Below are positions 21,900 through 32,002 of a DNA stretch of 64,000 nt, one piece after another. The first letter of the stretch is position 1. The number at the start of each line of letters is the position of its first letter. Source of the stretch: an uncultured Planctomycetota bacterium. Lineage in GTDB: Bacteria > Planctomycetota > Planctomycetia > Isosphaerales > Isosphaeraceae. Where the stretch lies: assembly GCA_963823665.1 (NCBI GenBank), contig CAWGMQ010000008.1:480001-544000 (forward strand), given 5' to 3'. Position numbers and translations under genes: made by a program. The notes under the pieces are model-generated. The model was given only the letters and a program-made list of their open reading frames with translations. It searched no databases and had not been told where the DNA came from.

Positions 21900-22988
21900 T
21901 CAGCGTGACTCGAACGTTCTTTTCGGGCCGCTCTCACCGAGCTGTATGGTGAACTTCGTGCCGTCGGGCGTCACTTGCACGCGAATCAGCTCTCCGCCTG
22001 CGGTGTCTTTGTTGGCGATCAAATCGGCTGCGGCGTTCTCGTCGGCACTTGTCGCGGCGTTCTTGTGAAGCTGGTAGGCCGCCTGGATCGAGGGAATCGA
22101 TTTGAGCAGTTTCACCGTCGCGGGCGAGCCTCCCTTCTTCGGGCCGTTGTTCATGATCGCGACTGTGGGCGCCACAGTCCGCACCAGGGTGGGATGATTG
22201 GAAATGTCCATTCCGTGATGCGTTACCTGATAGAGATCGACCGGGCCGATCAGGTCGATCGGGCACACCAGTCTCTTCTCGACGTTCCAGGTCAGGTCGC
22301 CGGCGTCGAAAAACTCGAACCGGCCCAGAGAGAACAGGATCGCCAGACTGCGGGCGTTATCCGAGGTATCGACGGGCGCATCCGGCGGCGATGTATCGCA
22401 CAACGGGTTGGCGGCCTCGATCGCCGCACCGCCACGGAACCGGCTCGCGGCCTCGCGAGGGGCGAGAATGCCGCCGGATGCGAGGACCAGGGCCTTGAGC
22501 CCCTTGAATGGGAGCGTATCACCGGCTTTCAGGCTGCGGCGCTTGCCCGCGCTCGCCTTGCGATAGGCCTTGCCCAGGGGATCGCCGGCGGAGGGACCAT
22601 CGGGAAACTCACCCCGGGCATCCGGGTCCTCGGGCAGTCCGCGGTCCCAGAACCGGTCAATCCGCACAAGGCTGTCGAGCCCCGCGACTCCGCCGTAGTG
22701 GTCCATGTGCCAGTGCGTGGTGATGAGGTGATCGAGGTGGTCGCATCCTGCCAGGTCCTTGAGGGCGTGGATGATTCGCTTGGGATCACGGTCTCCCAGG
22801 CCAGGCCATCCTGAGTCGACCAGGATCGACTCGCGGTCGGGAGTGACGATCAGTGTCGCCGCGCCTCCCTGCACGTCGATGAAGAAGATCTCCAGACCAC
22901 GCCCCTCCTGCGAGCCGCCCGCCCGCAGGCTGTTTCCCAATCCCAACAGGATGACGACAAAAAGCAACACTTGTTTGCTCAGGCGCAT
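21900..22988 (-). CDS. Secreted MBL-fold metallo-hydrolase (ComEC/Rec2-like)
   Basis: Signal peptide MRLSKQVLLFVVILLGLG; IDVQGGAATL, THWHMDHYGG (HxHxDH), DNARS, GDL, THHG. Confidence 0.88.
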   Translation of the reverse strand: MRLSKQVLLFVVILLGLGNSLRAGGSQEGRGLEIFFIDVQGGAATLIVTPDRESILVDSGWPGLGDRDPKRIIHALKDLAGCDHLDHLITTHWHMDHYGGVAGLDSLVRIDRFWDRGLPEDPDARGEFPDGPSAGDPLGKAYRKASAGKRRSLKAGDTLPFKGLKALVLASGGILAPREAASRFRGGAAIEAANPLCDTSPPDAPVDTSDNARSLAILFSLGRFEFFDAGDLTWNVEKRLVCPIDLIGPVDLYQVTHHGMDISNHPTLVRTVAPTVAIMNNGPKKGGSPATVKLLKSIPSIQAAYQLHKNAATSADENAAADLIANKDTAGGELIRVQVTPDGTKFTIQLGESGPKRTFESR

Positions 22989-23423
22989 GTTGACCAGCTC
23001 CTCGTCTCGGAAAAGAGACCAATTACCGCGGAATGTCCTAGTTTGCTTCATGAACGGCCGTTTTTTCCGGGAATACTCGAGAACTCGAAGTCCCGTGATT
23101 AGCATGGCATAGAGAATGCACTTGAGAAGTTCTAGAGAATGGAACTGAGAAGTTACAAGAAAGGGAGGGTTCCCGGAAACAGAATATTGTGTATAATGGT
23201 TTTTGATTATAGATGGGATCCGGCGGACAAATCGCTTAAAGACTGCCGGAACATTGTCGTGCGTTGTGTGATTTTTCGTTTTTCATCTGTACGACAAGAC
23301 TACTTGCGGGTCTACTTACGCGCTAGCAGCGACGGCAGGCGGGTCACGCCGTCGCGCAATCCTCTTCGCATCCCTGTTGGAATGCATGGATCAGCGCTCC
23401 TCGAGCACAGGGAGATTGAGCAC
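22989..23423. promoter_or_regulatory. AT-rich divergent promoter region
   Basis: Low-GC intergenic stretch between divergent genes, with a perfect TATAAT at 23192-23197. Confidence 0.4.
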
Positions 23424-23897
23424 ATGTCAACTATTCCAATTCTTGCGATCACGAATGACGAGACGTTACTGGGTTCGCTCCGGTCGACGGTTCGCGACGA
23501 GCTCGGCCAGAAAGGCCGGATCGTTGTCGCCGCGTCGATCGATCTAGCGTGCCCCCTTTTGAGAACAGCTCGCCCGCGACTCATTGTGGTCCATTTCACG
23601 GGAGAGAGTGCACGGTACGAACAACTCGACCAACTGCTATGGGCCACGTCGGTCGTCTCGCGGCCGACGCCCATCGTGGTGATCGCCGAGCGATATCGTA
23701 TCGATCAGGCAACCATGATGTATCGCATGGGCGTATCCGAGTACATCAGTCGGAAGCATCATCTGGACGGGCTTGCCGGCGTCCTGGCCGCTTACCTGCG
23801 TCCGGCGACGGTTCACGCGGGACTGGACGACGGGAGTGCTAGTGGTGCCTGGGCGGGCCGTAACGGCGCCTTGGCACCAGCCGCACGGGTTGTCTGA
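23424..23897 (+). CDS. Stand-alone atypical receiver (REC-like) domain protein
   Basis: ILAITND...PRLIVVH...PIVVI...MGVSEYISR pattern of a CheY fold; GGAGA SD upstream; lacks the phospho-Asp and the conserved Lys. Confidence 0.65.
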   Translation: MSTIPILAITNDETLLGSLRSTVRDELGQKGRIVVAASIDLACPLLRTARPRLIVVHFTGESARYEQLDQLLWATSVVSRPTPIVVIAERYRIDQATMMYRMGVSEYISRKHHLDGLAGVLAAYLRPATVHAGLDDGSASGAWAGRNGALAPAARVV

Positions 23898-23968
23898 GAG
23901 ACTGAGGAACGAGTCGGAAACAACTTCCGCTGATTTACGTCAAGCACGCGGCGGGGCGGCACGAATAC

Positions 23969-23993
23969 CGTTCCGACGCAGAGCGTCGGAACG
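23969..23993. terminator. Perfect hairpin between convergent genes (REP-like, possible bidirectional terminator)
   Basis: CGTTCCGACGC-AGA-GCGTCGGAACG; similar copy at 29031-29056. Confidence 0.6.
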
Positions 23994-24021
23994 AGGGTTT
24001 TCGTTAATGCCCGCCGGTTGT

Positions 24022-27000
24022 TTACTGGCGCTCGGCTCCGGTTGTCGTGGTCGTCGTCGGGGAGGATACTCCTGCGCCGGAGAGCTTGGTGGGCGCTTCG
24101 TCGATGCCGAGACGTGCGCGGCCGGCTCGGACCTCATCCAGCCTGTGGCGGAACTTGGCGTAAAGCTGGGTGTGGCGGCTCTCGGGGCGTACGGGTTCAC
24201 CATCGATGAAGAGGGCGAGCACGGGCGTTGTCGGCTCGAGCAGGTGGCCGGCTGTCACGACGACGTTGGCTCGTTTGCCGGTTTCCAGCGACCCGACCTG
24301 GTCTGCCACCCCGAGAATCTGGGACGGCGTGACCGTGACGGCTCTCAAGGCAACATCCTCGGGCAACCCGAACGCGATGGCCGTGGCCGCCTCGAACGGG
24401 AGGTTGCGCGCGGCGGTTTCGCCGCCACCAGAGCTGCCGGCCCGAGACGTGATGGCGATCTTCACGCCGGCTGCGTGCAGCTTGGCGGGGTTGGTGTAGG
24501 GGGCGTCATACGGGTCGTAAGCATGCCGCGGCAGGTTGAGCGTGCCGGCGACCAATACCGGCACGTCGGCCTTCTTGATGGCATCGGCCACTTTCCACGC
24601 TTCGGCTCCGCCGGAGATCACGGCTTTGAGCTTCAACTCGCGGGCAAGGTCCAGCGCATCGAGGATTTCGACGGGCTGGTCGGCGTGCAGGAGCACCGGC
24701 TTCTCGCCCCGGGCAAATGGAAGCAGCGCTTCCAGGCGCAGGTCGGGGGCAGGGGGAGCATCGCCGCGCTCTCGCGACTTTTTCAGGACCGTGTCATAGG
24801 AAATCGCCCTGCGAAACAGGTCCTTGATCTTTTCGAGACGCTCGGTTCGCATCGCCGCGGCTGCATCGGCGCCTCCCCCACCTTGCCCCCCTGGACCGGG
24901 ACGCTCGATGTTGGGCCCAGGCCCCGGGCGACGGTCTTCGGGCGAGCGCGACACGTAGGCCGGGATATGGACGTTGAGTGCAACGGAATCGGCAATCACC
25001 ATCTCGCGGGGAACCCACCCGTTCAAGTCGACCATGCAGCCTTGTCCCGAGATCACGCCGCCGGTGGGCTTGATGAACGAGGTGAGAATGCCGTTGGCCC
25101 GGGTCACGGGTATGTGCTCGCTGTCGGGGTGAATCGCCGTGCTCGAGCGCAGCTCCGGCTGATACTGGGCGGAATCGCTCGAATCCTGGGTCTCTGCCAG
25201 GCTGCCGATCTCGAACAGGCCGATTGTCGAGCTGGCGTCAACCATGCCCGGCCAGACGTCCAGTCCGCTCATCTCGATGGTCTGAGCTTCGGGCGGGACG
25301 GGTGTCCCCGCGGGGCCGATCGCGGCGATCTTGCCGCCGGCGATGACCAGCGTTCCGCCCTTGATCTCGGCACCGGCCAACGGGTGCAGATTGGCACCGA
25401 CAAGCGCGAACAGGTTCTTGGGCTGTGCGGCGATTTCAACCGTCCGATTGCGCACCGATTCCGCGGCCGCGGGCATCGCCGTGTGGTTGCCCGAGCGCAC
25501 GCCCAGCCCGCCCCCTGGCTCATACCGCTGGAAGAAAACCTCGCCGTCAATCAGTGCCATCTCACAACGCGAGAAGGCGTCGAAGGGGTGGCCGTTGTAG
25601 AGGACGATGTCGGCGTCTTTGCCGGCTTCGATCGAGCCCAGCCGGCTGTCCAGTCCGAGCTGCCGCGCCGCGTTGATTGTGATCATTGCGAGCGCCTGAG
25701 CCTCGGACACACCGCCGTACTTTACCATCTTGGCGGCTTCAAGATTCAAATGGCGCATGAGCTCCGCGTCGTCGCTCTTGATACACACGCTCGCGCCGGC
25801 CTCGGTGAGGAGGGCGGCGTTGTACGGGATGGCGTCGTAGGCTTCGATCTTGTAGGCCCACCAGTCCGAAAAGGTCGACGAGCTGGCGCCGTGGGCCGCG
25901 ATCTCGGCGGCAACCTTGTAACCCTCCAGCACGTGCTGAAGCGACTGCACCCGCACGCCGTTTCGCGCCGCCGTCCGCAAAAGCATCAAGATCTCGTCGC
26001 TGCGGTAGCAGTGGCAGTGCACCTTGATCGAGCCGTCCAGGATGCCTGCCAAGGCCTCCAGCCGGAGGTCGACCCGCGGCGGCGGGCCCAGGTCTTGGGC
26101 ACGCTTCGTCTTCTGCGCTTTGCGGTACTGATCCCACTGGGCGCGATAGGCCCGGCCCTCCTCGAAGGCCCGTTCGATGACCGATTCGACACCCATCCGG
26201 GTGTTGGGAAAACGACCGCGAGACCGCGTGACGTTCTCCCCCAGCGCGAACTTCACGCCTTGCGGGCCGTCGCGGACGATCAGATCGCGCCCGGCCTTGC
26301 CATACTTCAGCTTGATCACGGCGTCCTGGCCGCCGATCGTATCCGCGGAGCCGTGCAACAAGCGTGCGGTCGTCGTTCCGCCGGCCAGGGCCCGGTAGAT
26401 CGCGATGTCGTCACCGGTGACAACGTCCTTGACCCGCACCTCGGGAACGATGGAAAGGCTTCCCTCATTCACGTTCCCCTGCACGGCGATATGCGAGTGG
26501 GTGTCGATGATGCCGGGCATGGCGACCATCCCGGCAGCGTTAATCACCTTCACGCCTTCGGGAGCCGTGAGGCCTGCACCGACGGCCTTGATCTTGCCAC
26601 CCTTGACGAGAATCGACCCGTTGGCGATTGTCCCATGCGTCACAGTCAGAATGGTGGCATCCTTGATGAACACGTCGCCGCCGGTTTGAAGGGCAGGCTT
26701 ACGGTCTTCGTCGAGCTCGACGGCCGCATCGGGAATGGGAACCGCTTCGGGTTTGGCCGGCTGTGCCTTTTGTGTCGCGGCTTTCGACTCCGCCGGTTTG
26801 TCGGTCGTGCTCCTGGCTCGATCGGCGGCAGCGGTCTGGACTGCCGCGGGTGCTGGCTGACTCGCGGCCTTCTTCTCTTGCGAACCACCGGGCTTCTTGT
26901 CGTCGGCTGTCTCGGTCTGGGCTGCTGCGGGCGCTGGCTGGCCCGCCGCCTTCTTCTCTGGCGGCCCACCGGGCTTCCTGTCGTCGGCTGTTTCGGTGTT

Positions 27001-28845
27001 GACCTCAGCCGGTCGATTCGGCATCCGGTCGCGTTTGCCGGCGCGAGTCGCGGCGGCCAATGTCGAACGATCGCTCGACTTGCCGGCTTCGGGCGCCTTC
27101 TTCTTTTCCGGGGCGCTCTTCTTGGCACTCTCGGGGGCGGATGGCTCCTGGTCCGTCACCTCGCCTCGGGGCCGACGGCCTCCGAATCCACCGCGGCCGC
27201 CGGGTCCGGTGCGGTCAGCGACGTCACCATCAGGCCCCGCGCCGTCACCACCGCCGAAGCGGCCCTGGCCCTTGGTGCGAGCGCGATCCTCGGGTTTGAT
27301 CTCGAACTTTAATCCGTCGACGAGCACGAAGCGGACTCGGGATCGCTCCTCGGAGAACGGACTGCTCATGGCAATCAAGTGTCCGAGCTTGCCCTTTTCG
27401 AGCGTGCCCAGCCGGCGGCCGACATTGCCGATTTCCGCGGCGTTCCTGGTGAGGCCGGCCAGGGCGAGGTCGGCCGACAGTCCGGCGGCAATGAGCTGCC
27501 GCACCGCGCCGGGGAACGAATCGATCCGGTCGATCCCTTCGGCAGAAAACGCGAACGGAACTCCGGCTTTCGCCAGCTCGGCTGCCGTGGCGACCTGCTT
27601 TTTCCATTCGGATTTGCGATGGGTGAGAAGCCGTAGCGGCTCGTCGCGCTCGGCTCGCGCCTTCTTCTGGTATTCTTCGTCCGTCGGAACCCTGGGCTCG
27701 ACGGGAAAGTTCAGCCGCAGCACGACGGGAACCTTCGATGCCTTGAGTCGATCCACGACCTTTCCGGCTTCGCGGCCGCCGACGATCACCGCAGTCGTCC
27801 CGAACTCTTCTGCGAGATCGAGCGCTCGGTGAATCTCGTCGCGGGTGTTTGCTTCCCACCAGACCGGCAGTTTCTTGGCCCGTGCGGCCTGAAGTACCTC
27901 GAGCGCCGGATCAACCGGAGGATGAGCGCCGCCGTGCGACTCGTAATAGGCATCGAGCTTCTTCAAGTGCTCGCTGTCGAGCATCGCCTGGCGGAGGTGC
28001 GCGATCGAGCCCATCAGCACGCGCGGATAGGGGTTCTCACCGGCCTCGCCGCCGCCAGGGCCTCCGCGGCGCCGGAATTGACCCGGACCTGGCGTCTGCC
28101 CGGGGGGGGTGCCGACCGGGGGCTGCCCGGGGGTGGGCGTGGTCACAGGACCCGGAGTAGCGGGGGTGGCGGATGAACCCGACTCGGTGGGCGGCGCCAG
28201 GTTCACGTGCAACGCGACCGGAGCGGAAACGATGACCTCGCGGCGGGGCAGGCCGCTCAGGCTGACGAGCGCGCTCTGGCCGGTCGCGATCGCACCACCG
28301 GGGGCCGACAGCATATCGGTGAAGCCCAATCGGCGCCTGGGCTCGGCCAGCGAGTCGGGAAGCTCCAGGGCACCCGCCACCGAGAATTCCGGCGTCAAGC
28401 CCCGACGATTATCGGGCGGTGTCGACGATAGAGGCGCTTCGGCCAGGTCAACCGGCCGGCCCTTGCCGGTGCCGGACCGCTCCACGCCGGCCCGCTGCCC
28501 GGCCGTCGAATAAAGGTCGATGAATCCGGGATAAACCACCAGACCCTTGCCGTCGATCGTCTCGGCGTCGTATGGAACCGTCACGTCTTTCGCCAGGCCG
28601 ACGGCCTCGATCACACCCCGCCGCACGACGACGGTGCCCGGATCGAATACCTTGCCAGGAGCGGCCACAACCTTCGCCCCCGTGATGGCATACGCGACCG
28701 GGTACAACCCGGAGCCGAGGCTCGACTGGTCGTCCCGAGCGGCTGTTGACCACGCCGCCGGAACGCTCAGGCCCACGACCGCGAGCATTCCCAACAGAAG
28801 GGCCAGGCCGCGCCAACGGATGCTCGATCGCTCTCCAGGTTTCAT
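24022..28845 (-). CDS. Secreted triple-domain amidohydrolase-family protein
   Basis: Signal peptide after MKPGERSS; three PG(F/I/M)(I/V)D and G(T/S)(L/I)ExGK modules; only the middle one has the DTHSH metal motif. Confidence 0.9.
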   Translation of the reverse strand: MKPGERSSIRWRGLALLLGMLAVVGLSVPAAWSTAARDDQSSLGSGLYPVAYAITGAKVVAAPGKVFDPGTVVVRRGVIEAVGLAKDVTVPYDAETIDGKGLVVYPGFIDLYSTAGQRAGVERSGTGKGRPVDLAEAPLSSTPPDNRRGLTPEFSVAGALELPDSLAEPRRRLGFTDMLSAPGGAIATGQSALVSLSGLPRREVIVSAPVALHVNLAPPTESGSSATPATPGPVTTPTPGQPPVGTPPGQTPGPGQFRRRGGPGGGEAGENPYPRVLMGSIAHLRQAMLDSEHLKKLDAYYESHGGAHPPVDPALEVLQAARAKKLPVWWEANTRDEIHRALDLAEEFGTTAVIVGGREAGKVVDRLKASKVPVVLRLNFPVEPRVPTDEEYQKKARAERDEPLRLLTHRKSEWKKQVATAAELAKAGVPFAFSAEGIDRIDSFPGAVRQLIAAGLSADLALAGLTRNAAEIGNVGRRLGTLEKGKLGHLIAMSSPFSEERSRVRFVLVDGLKFEIKPEDRARTKGQGRFGGGDGAGPDGDVADRTGPGGRGGFGGRRPRGEVTDQEPSAPESAKKSAPEKKKAPEAGKSSDRSTLAAATRAGKRDRMPNRPAEVNTETADDRKPGGPPEKKAAGQPAPAAAQTETADDKKPGGSQEKKAASQPAPAAVQTAAADRARSTTDKPAESKAATQKAQPAKPEAVPIPDAAVELDEDRKPALQTGGDVFIKDATILTVTHGTIANGSILVKGGKIKAVGAGLTAPEGVKVINAAGMVAMPGIIDTHSHIAVQGNVNEGSLSIVPEVRVKDVVTGDDIAIYRALAGGTTTARLLHGSADTIGGQDAVIKLKYGKAGRDLIVRDGPQGVKFALGENVTRSRGRFPNTRMGVESVIERAFEEGRAYRAQWDQYRKAQKTKRAQDLGPPPRVDLRLEALAGILDGSIKVHCHCYRSDEILMLLRTAARNGVRVQSLQHVLEGYKVAAEIAAHGASSSTFSDWWAYKIEAYDAIPYNAALLTEAGASVCIKSDDAELMRHLNLEAAKMVKYGGVSEAQALAMITINAARQLGLDSRLGSIEAGKDADIVLYNGHPFDAFSRCEMALIDGEVFFQRYEPGGGLGVRSGNHTAMPAAAESVRNRTVEIAAQPKNLFALVGANLHPLAGAEIKGGTLVIAGGKIAAIGPAGTPVPPEAQTIEMSGLDVWPGMVDASSTIGLFEIGSLAETQDSSDSAQYQPELRSSTAIHPDSEHIPVTRANGILTSFIKPTGGVISGQGCMVDLNGWVPREMVIADSVALNVHIPAYVSRSPEDRRPGPGPNIERPGPGGQGGGGADAAAAMRTERLEKIKDLFRRAISYDTVLKKSRERGDAPPAPDLRLEALLPFARGEKPVLLHADQPVEILDALDLARELKLKAVISGGAEAWKVADAIKKADVPVLVAGTLNLPRHAYDPYDAPYTNPAKLHAAGVKIAITSRAGSSGGGETAARNLPFEAATAIAFGLPEDVALRAVTVTPSQILGVADQVGSLETGKRANVVVTAGHLLEPTTPVLALFIDGEPVRPESRHTQLYAKFRHRLDEVRAGRARLGIDEAPTKLSGAGVSSPTTTTTTGAERQ

Positions 28846-29135
28846 GGATGTGCTTCCTCGGATGGTCGTCAAGGGGGTGGACGGTGTATTTGGGGGCTCG
28901 ATGATTATAAAAGCGTCAACGCTAGAAAGCACGGACCTAGATCTCCGTGGTTCGCGTGATTCAAGAACGGTTCGGAAAGAACTTGCGCTGATTCGAGTCA
29001 AGCTCGCCGCAGAGCGGCACAAAACACCGATCCGACGCACAGCGTCGGAACGAGGGCGTTTGTTCGTTGTCGGGCGGATACCGAAATCGGGAAGTTAGTT
29101 CCGGCGTGTTGCTTGACTCACCTCTCGCAAAAGCG

Positions 29136-31970
29136 TCACGACGGTTTTGCGTTGGATTGACGCATCTCGTCGAGCAGCGATTTGAATGCGCTTTCGTTGC
29201 GGATCGGCTCGAGGTCGGTGTCAACCTCGAGGCTCGCGACGTCGGCCCACCCTTCTTCCTTCGCCTCGCGCAGGCAATCGATGGCCTTGGCGGTGTATCG
29301 CTTGACGAGATCGGCGTCGCTCCCGGCTGCGGCGGCGGCGAGAGAGTAGCCACAGGCGGCCTGGACACACAGCTCTGCATCCTTGGGCGATTTCGCCAGC
29401 AGCTCGTCAGCGATCTTCGCGGCCGCGGCATGATCACCGCAGCGGGCCCGGGCGAGCATCTCCAGCGTCTTCGCCTGCTTGGCCTTGGGCTCGACCGCTA
29501 GCGCTTGGCAAATTTTCAGGCATTCTCGGAAACCGGCGGCGGCCCCGTCTTTGTCGCCCGCGTGCAGGGCGCACGTGGCCTCGTAATAGAGGGTCTGGGC
29601 GAGGACCTGCTTGTTCTCGAAGTCAGACGGGTCGGCGGTGGCCCGTTTCTTGAAGACATCCAGGGCTTTCTGGTGGAGCTTTCGCGCACCGGCCGGGTCG
29701 CGTCCTTGCGGAAAAAGCATGGACGCATGCTGGTTGTACGACAGGCCGAGATCGTTCTGGGCCGGCCAGAGACCCGGCCGCTCGTCCGCGATCCGTTTTC
29801 GCAGTGCAACGGATTGGTCGTAGCGGCGATGGGCTTCGTCCCGCTGGCCCATCCTCAGGTGCAATGTCGCGAGCTGAGCGTAGAGACCCGCAAGCTCGCG
29901 TCGGCTGTCCAATCCGCCCTTGAGCGCTTGCGAGAAAGACTCGCGGACCTCGATCTCTTCTCGATACAGCTCGCCCGCCTCTTTGAGATGACCGAGCGTC
30001 AGCTCTGCACCTGCGAGCAGGCCCAACGAATTGGCCAGCTCACTCTTGTGAACATCATCGTCGGACTTGTCCTTCAGCAACGCCCTGCTCACCGCGAGTG
30101 CCTTGCGGAAGTACGGCTCGGCCTTCTTGGAGTCGAGCACTCGGTACATGTACGTATGCCCGACCTCGCGCTGGACCCGAAGCAACATGACCTGGAGATC
30201 CCGATTGGTGGGGTTAGCCGCGGCGAGCTTGCGGACGATTGCCTCCATTTCCTCGAGGTGCCTCATCGCGTCATCGATCTGGTTGCGCCGCAGGCTCACT
30301 TTGGCCTGCGCCTGGTGCGCCCTGGCCAGGGACAGCCAGTTGCGCTCCTCGTACTCGGAGGGCCATTCAACGACGCGGCGCAGGTCGGTCATCGCCGTCG
30401 CCGCGGCCGCGAGTCGCGCGATCGCCTTGTCGATGATGTGCTCGCGCTCATCCCGGATCGCGGGTGCGTCGCGTAAATTACCATCCAGCAGTCGAAGGAA
30501 CTCGACCTGGGCTTCCACCAGGCTTCGGTTCTGTTCGTTGGCCGCCCGCGCGGCGGCGACGGCCTCCTTTCGCTTGCCCTCGGCCGTGGTGTATGCCCTG
30601 CCAAGCGTCACGGCGGCGATCACTGAGCCGACGAGCACGATCACGAGCAGCGCCGCGACCGCGGCGCTCAAGGACGCGACCCGCTTGTTGCGGAGGCACC
30701 ACCGCCAGACCCGCTCGGTATCGGAAATCGGACGCGCCAGGATGGGTTCTCCCGCCCGGAACTTCCGCAGGTCTTGGGCCAGGGCGAGGACATCGAGATA
30801 GCGGCGTCCGATGTCTTTCTCGAGGCATTTGAGACAGATCGTTTCCAGGTCGCGGGGGATATCCGGCCGCAATTGCCGCGGAGAAACGGGCTGGGCGGAG
30901 CAGACCAGTCGCACCGTCTCGATCGGCGTATCACCCAGAAATGGCGGGCGGCCCGTGAGCGCTTCGTAGAGGATGGCCCCCAAGGCATAGATGTCGGCAG
31001 CGGGACCGACATCCTTCGAATGGCCCGCCGCCTGCTCCGGCGCCATGTAACTGGGCGTTCCGACGACCTGACCGGACTCGGTGCGTCCCGAATCACTCTC
31101 GAGCAACTTCGCCAGGCCAAAGTCGGCGACCTTGGGAACACCGGCGGCGGTGAGGAGGATGTTGCTGGGCTTCAGGTCTCGGTGCACGATGCCGGCTTTA
31201 TGGGCTGCATGAACGGCGGAGGAAAGGGTCTCCAGGAGCTCGGCGGCGTCGCGTGGGGACATTGGCTTTTCGGCGAGACGCTTCTTGAGATCCAGACCAT
31301 CGACGAACTCGAGCGCGAAGTAGGGCCGTCCTTCGTGCTCGCCGATCTCATGCACGGTCACGATGTTCGGATGCTGAAGCCGGGCCGCCACCCGCGCTTC
31401 GTCCAGGAACCTGCCTAGCTGGTTCGGCCCCGCGGCCTCGACATCGGTGATGGTCTTGATCGCGACAACGCGACCGAGTCTCGTGTCCCACGCCTTGTAC
31501 ACCACTCCCATTCCGCCCCGCCCAATCACGGCGAGGAGATCGTATCCGGGGAAGATGCGGGGCAAGACGGTCTGAGGGGCTCCAACGCCGTCGGTGACGG
31601 AGGACGAGCCGCCCCGATGGGTCTGCGAAGTGCCATCGCCCGAATTCCTGGGCAGTTCTTGCGTCTCCTCGGAAAGCTGCATCATCTGATCAACGGCAAA
31701 CTGCCGGGTCAAATGATCCGAGAGGAAGGGAAATCGACGGATGTACTCTTCAAGCTTGGGCCGCTCTCCCAACCCTCGTCGCAGGAGGAGCTCCTGGTAG
31801 ATCACGTCCAGGGCTGCATCGGGCGCATCGTGGAGAGCCGGAAATCGCTCGAGAAACTCCTCGGCGAGCGGGCGCTCGCCGCGGCCCCAGCACGCACTCT
31901 GCTGGTCGAGAACATCTTCCAGAGTGGACCGGCGTTGCCGAATCTGCCCAACGTTCGTATCCATGAGCAT
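29136..31970 (-). CDS. Hanks-type Ser/Thr protein kinase with TM helix and TPR-like C-terminus
   Basis: GRGGMGVVY, VAIK, HRDLKPSN, DFG, GTPSYMAPEQ, DIYALG; TM segment VASLSAAVAALLVIVLV; helical repeats. Confidence 0.95.
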   Translation of the reverse strand: MLMDTNVGQIRQRRSTLEDVLDQQSACWGRGERPLAEEFLERFPALHDAPDAALDVIYQELLLRRGLGERPKLEEYIRRFPFLSDHLTRQFAVDQMMQLSEETQELPRNSGDGTSQTHRGGSSSVTDGVGAPQTVLPRIFPGYDLLAVIGRGGMGVVYKAWDTRLGRVVAIKTITDVEAAGPNQLGRFLDEARVAARLQHPNIVTVHEIGEHEGRPYFALEFVDGLDLKKRLAEKPMSPRDAAELLETLSSAVHAAHKAGIVHRDLKPSNILLTAAGVPKVADFGLAKLLESDSGRTESGQVVGTPSYMAPEQAAGHSKDVGPAADIYALGAILYEALTGRPPFLGDTPIETVRLVCSAQPVSPRQLRPDIPRDLETICLKCLEKDIGRRYLDVLALAQDLRKFRAGEPILARPISDTERVWRWCLRNKRVASLSAAVAALLVIVLVGSVIAAVTLGRAYTTAEGKRKEAVAAARAANEQNRSLVEAQVEFLRLLDGNLRDAPAIRDEREHIIDKAIARLAAAATAMTDLRRVVEWPSEYEERNWLSLARAHQAQAKVSLRRNQIDDAMRHLEEMEAIVRKLAAANPTNRDLQVMLLRVQREVGHTYMYRVLDSKKAEPYFRKALAVSRALLKDKSDDDVHKSELANSLGLLAGAELTLGHLKEAGELYREEIEVRESFSQALKGGLDSRRELAGLYAQLATLHLRMGQRDEAHRRYDQSVALRKRIADERPGLWPAQNDLGLSYNQHASMLFPQGRDPAGARKLHQKALDVFKKRATADPSDFENKQVLAQTLYYEATCALHAGDKDGAAAGFRECLKICQALAVEPKAKQAKTLEMLARARCGDHAAAAKIADELLAKSPKDAELCVQAACGYSLAAAAAGSDADLVKRYTAKAIDCLREAKEEGWADVASLEVDTDLEPIRNESAFKSLLDEMRQSNAKPS

Positions 31971-32002
31971 CCCTCCGGGGACGCGGGGCCTGTTCGATCA
32001 AT

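Noticed and set aside
23773..27312. 1179-aa plus-strand ORF
   Set aside because: Antisense shadow of the amidohydrolase gene, with no recognisable motifs; common in high-GC DNA.
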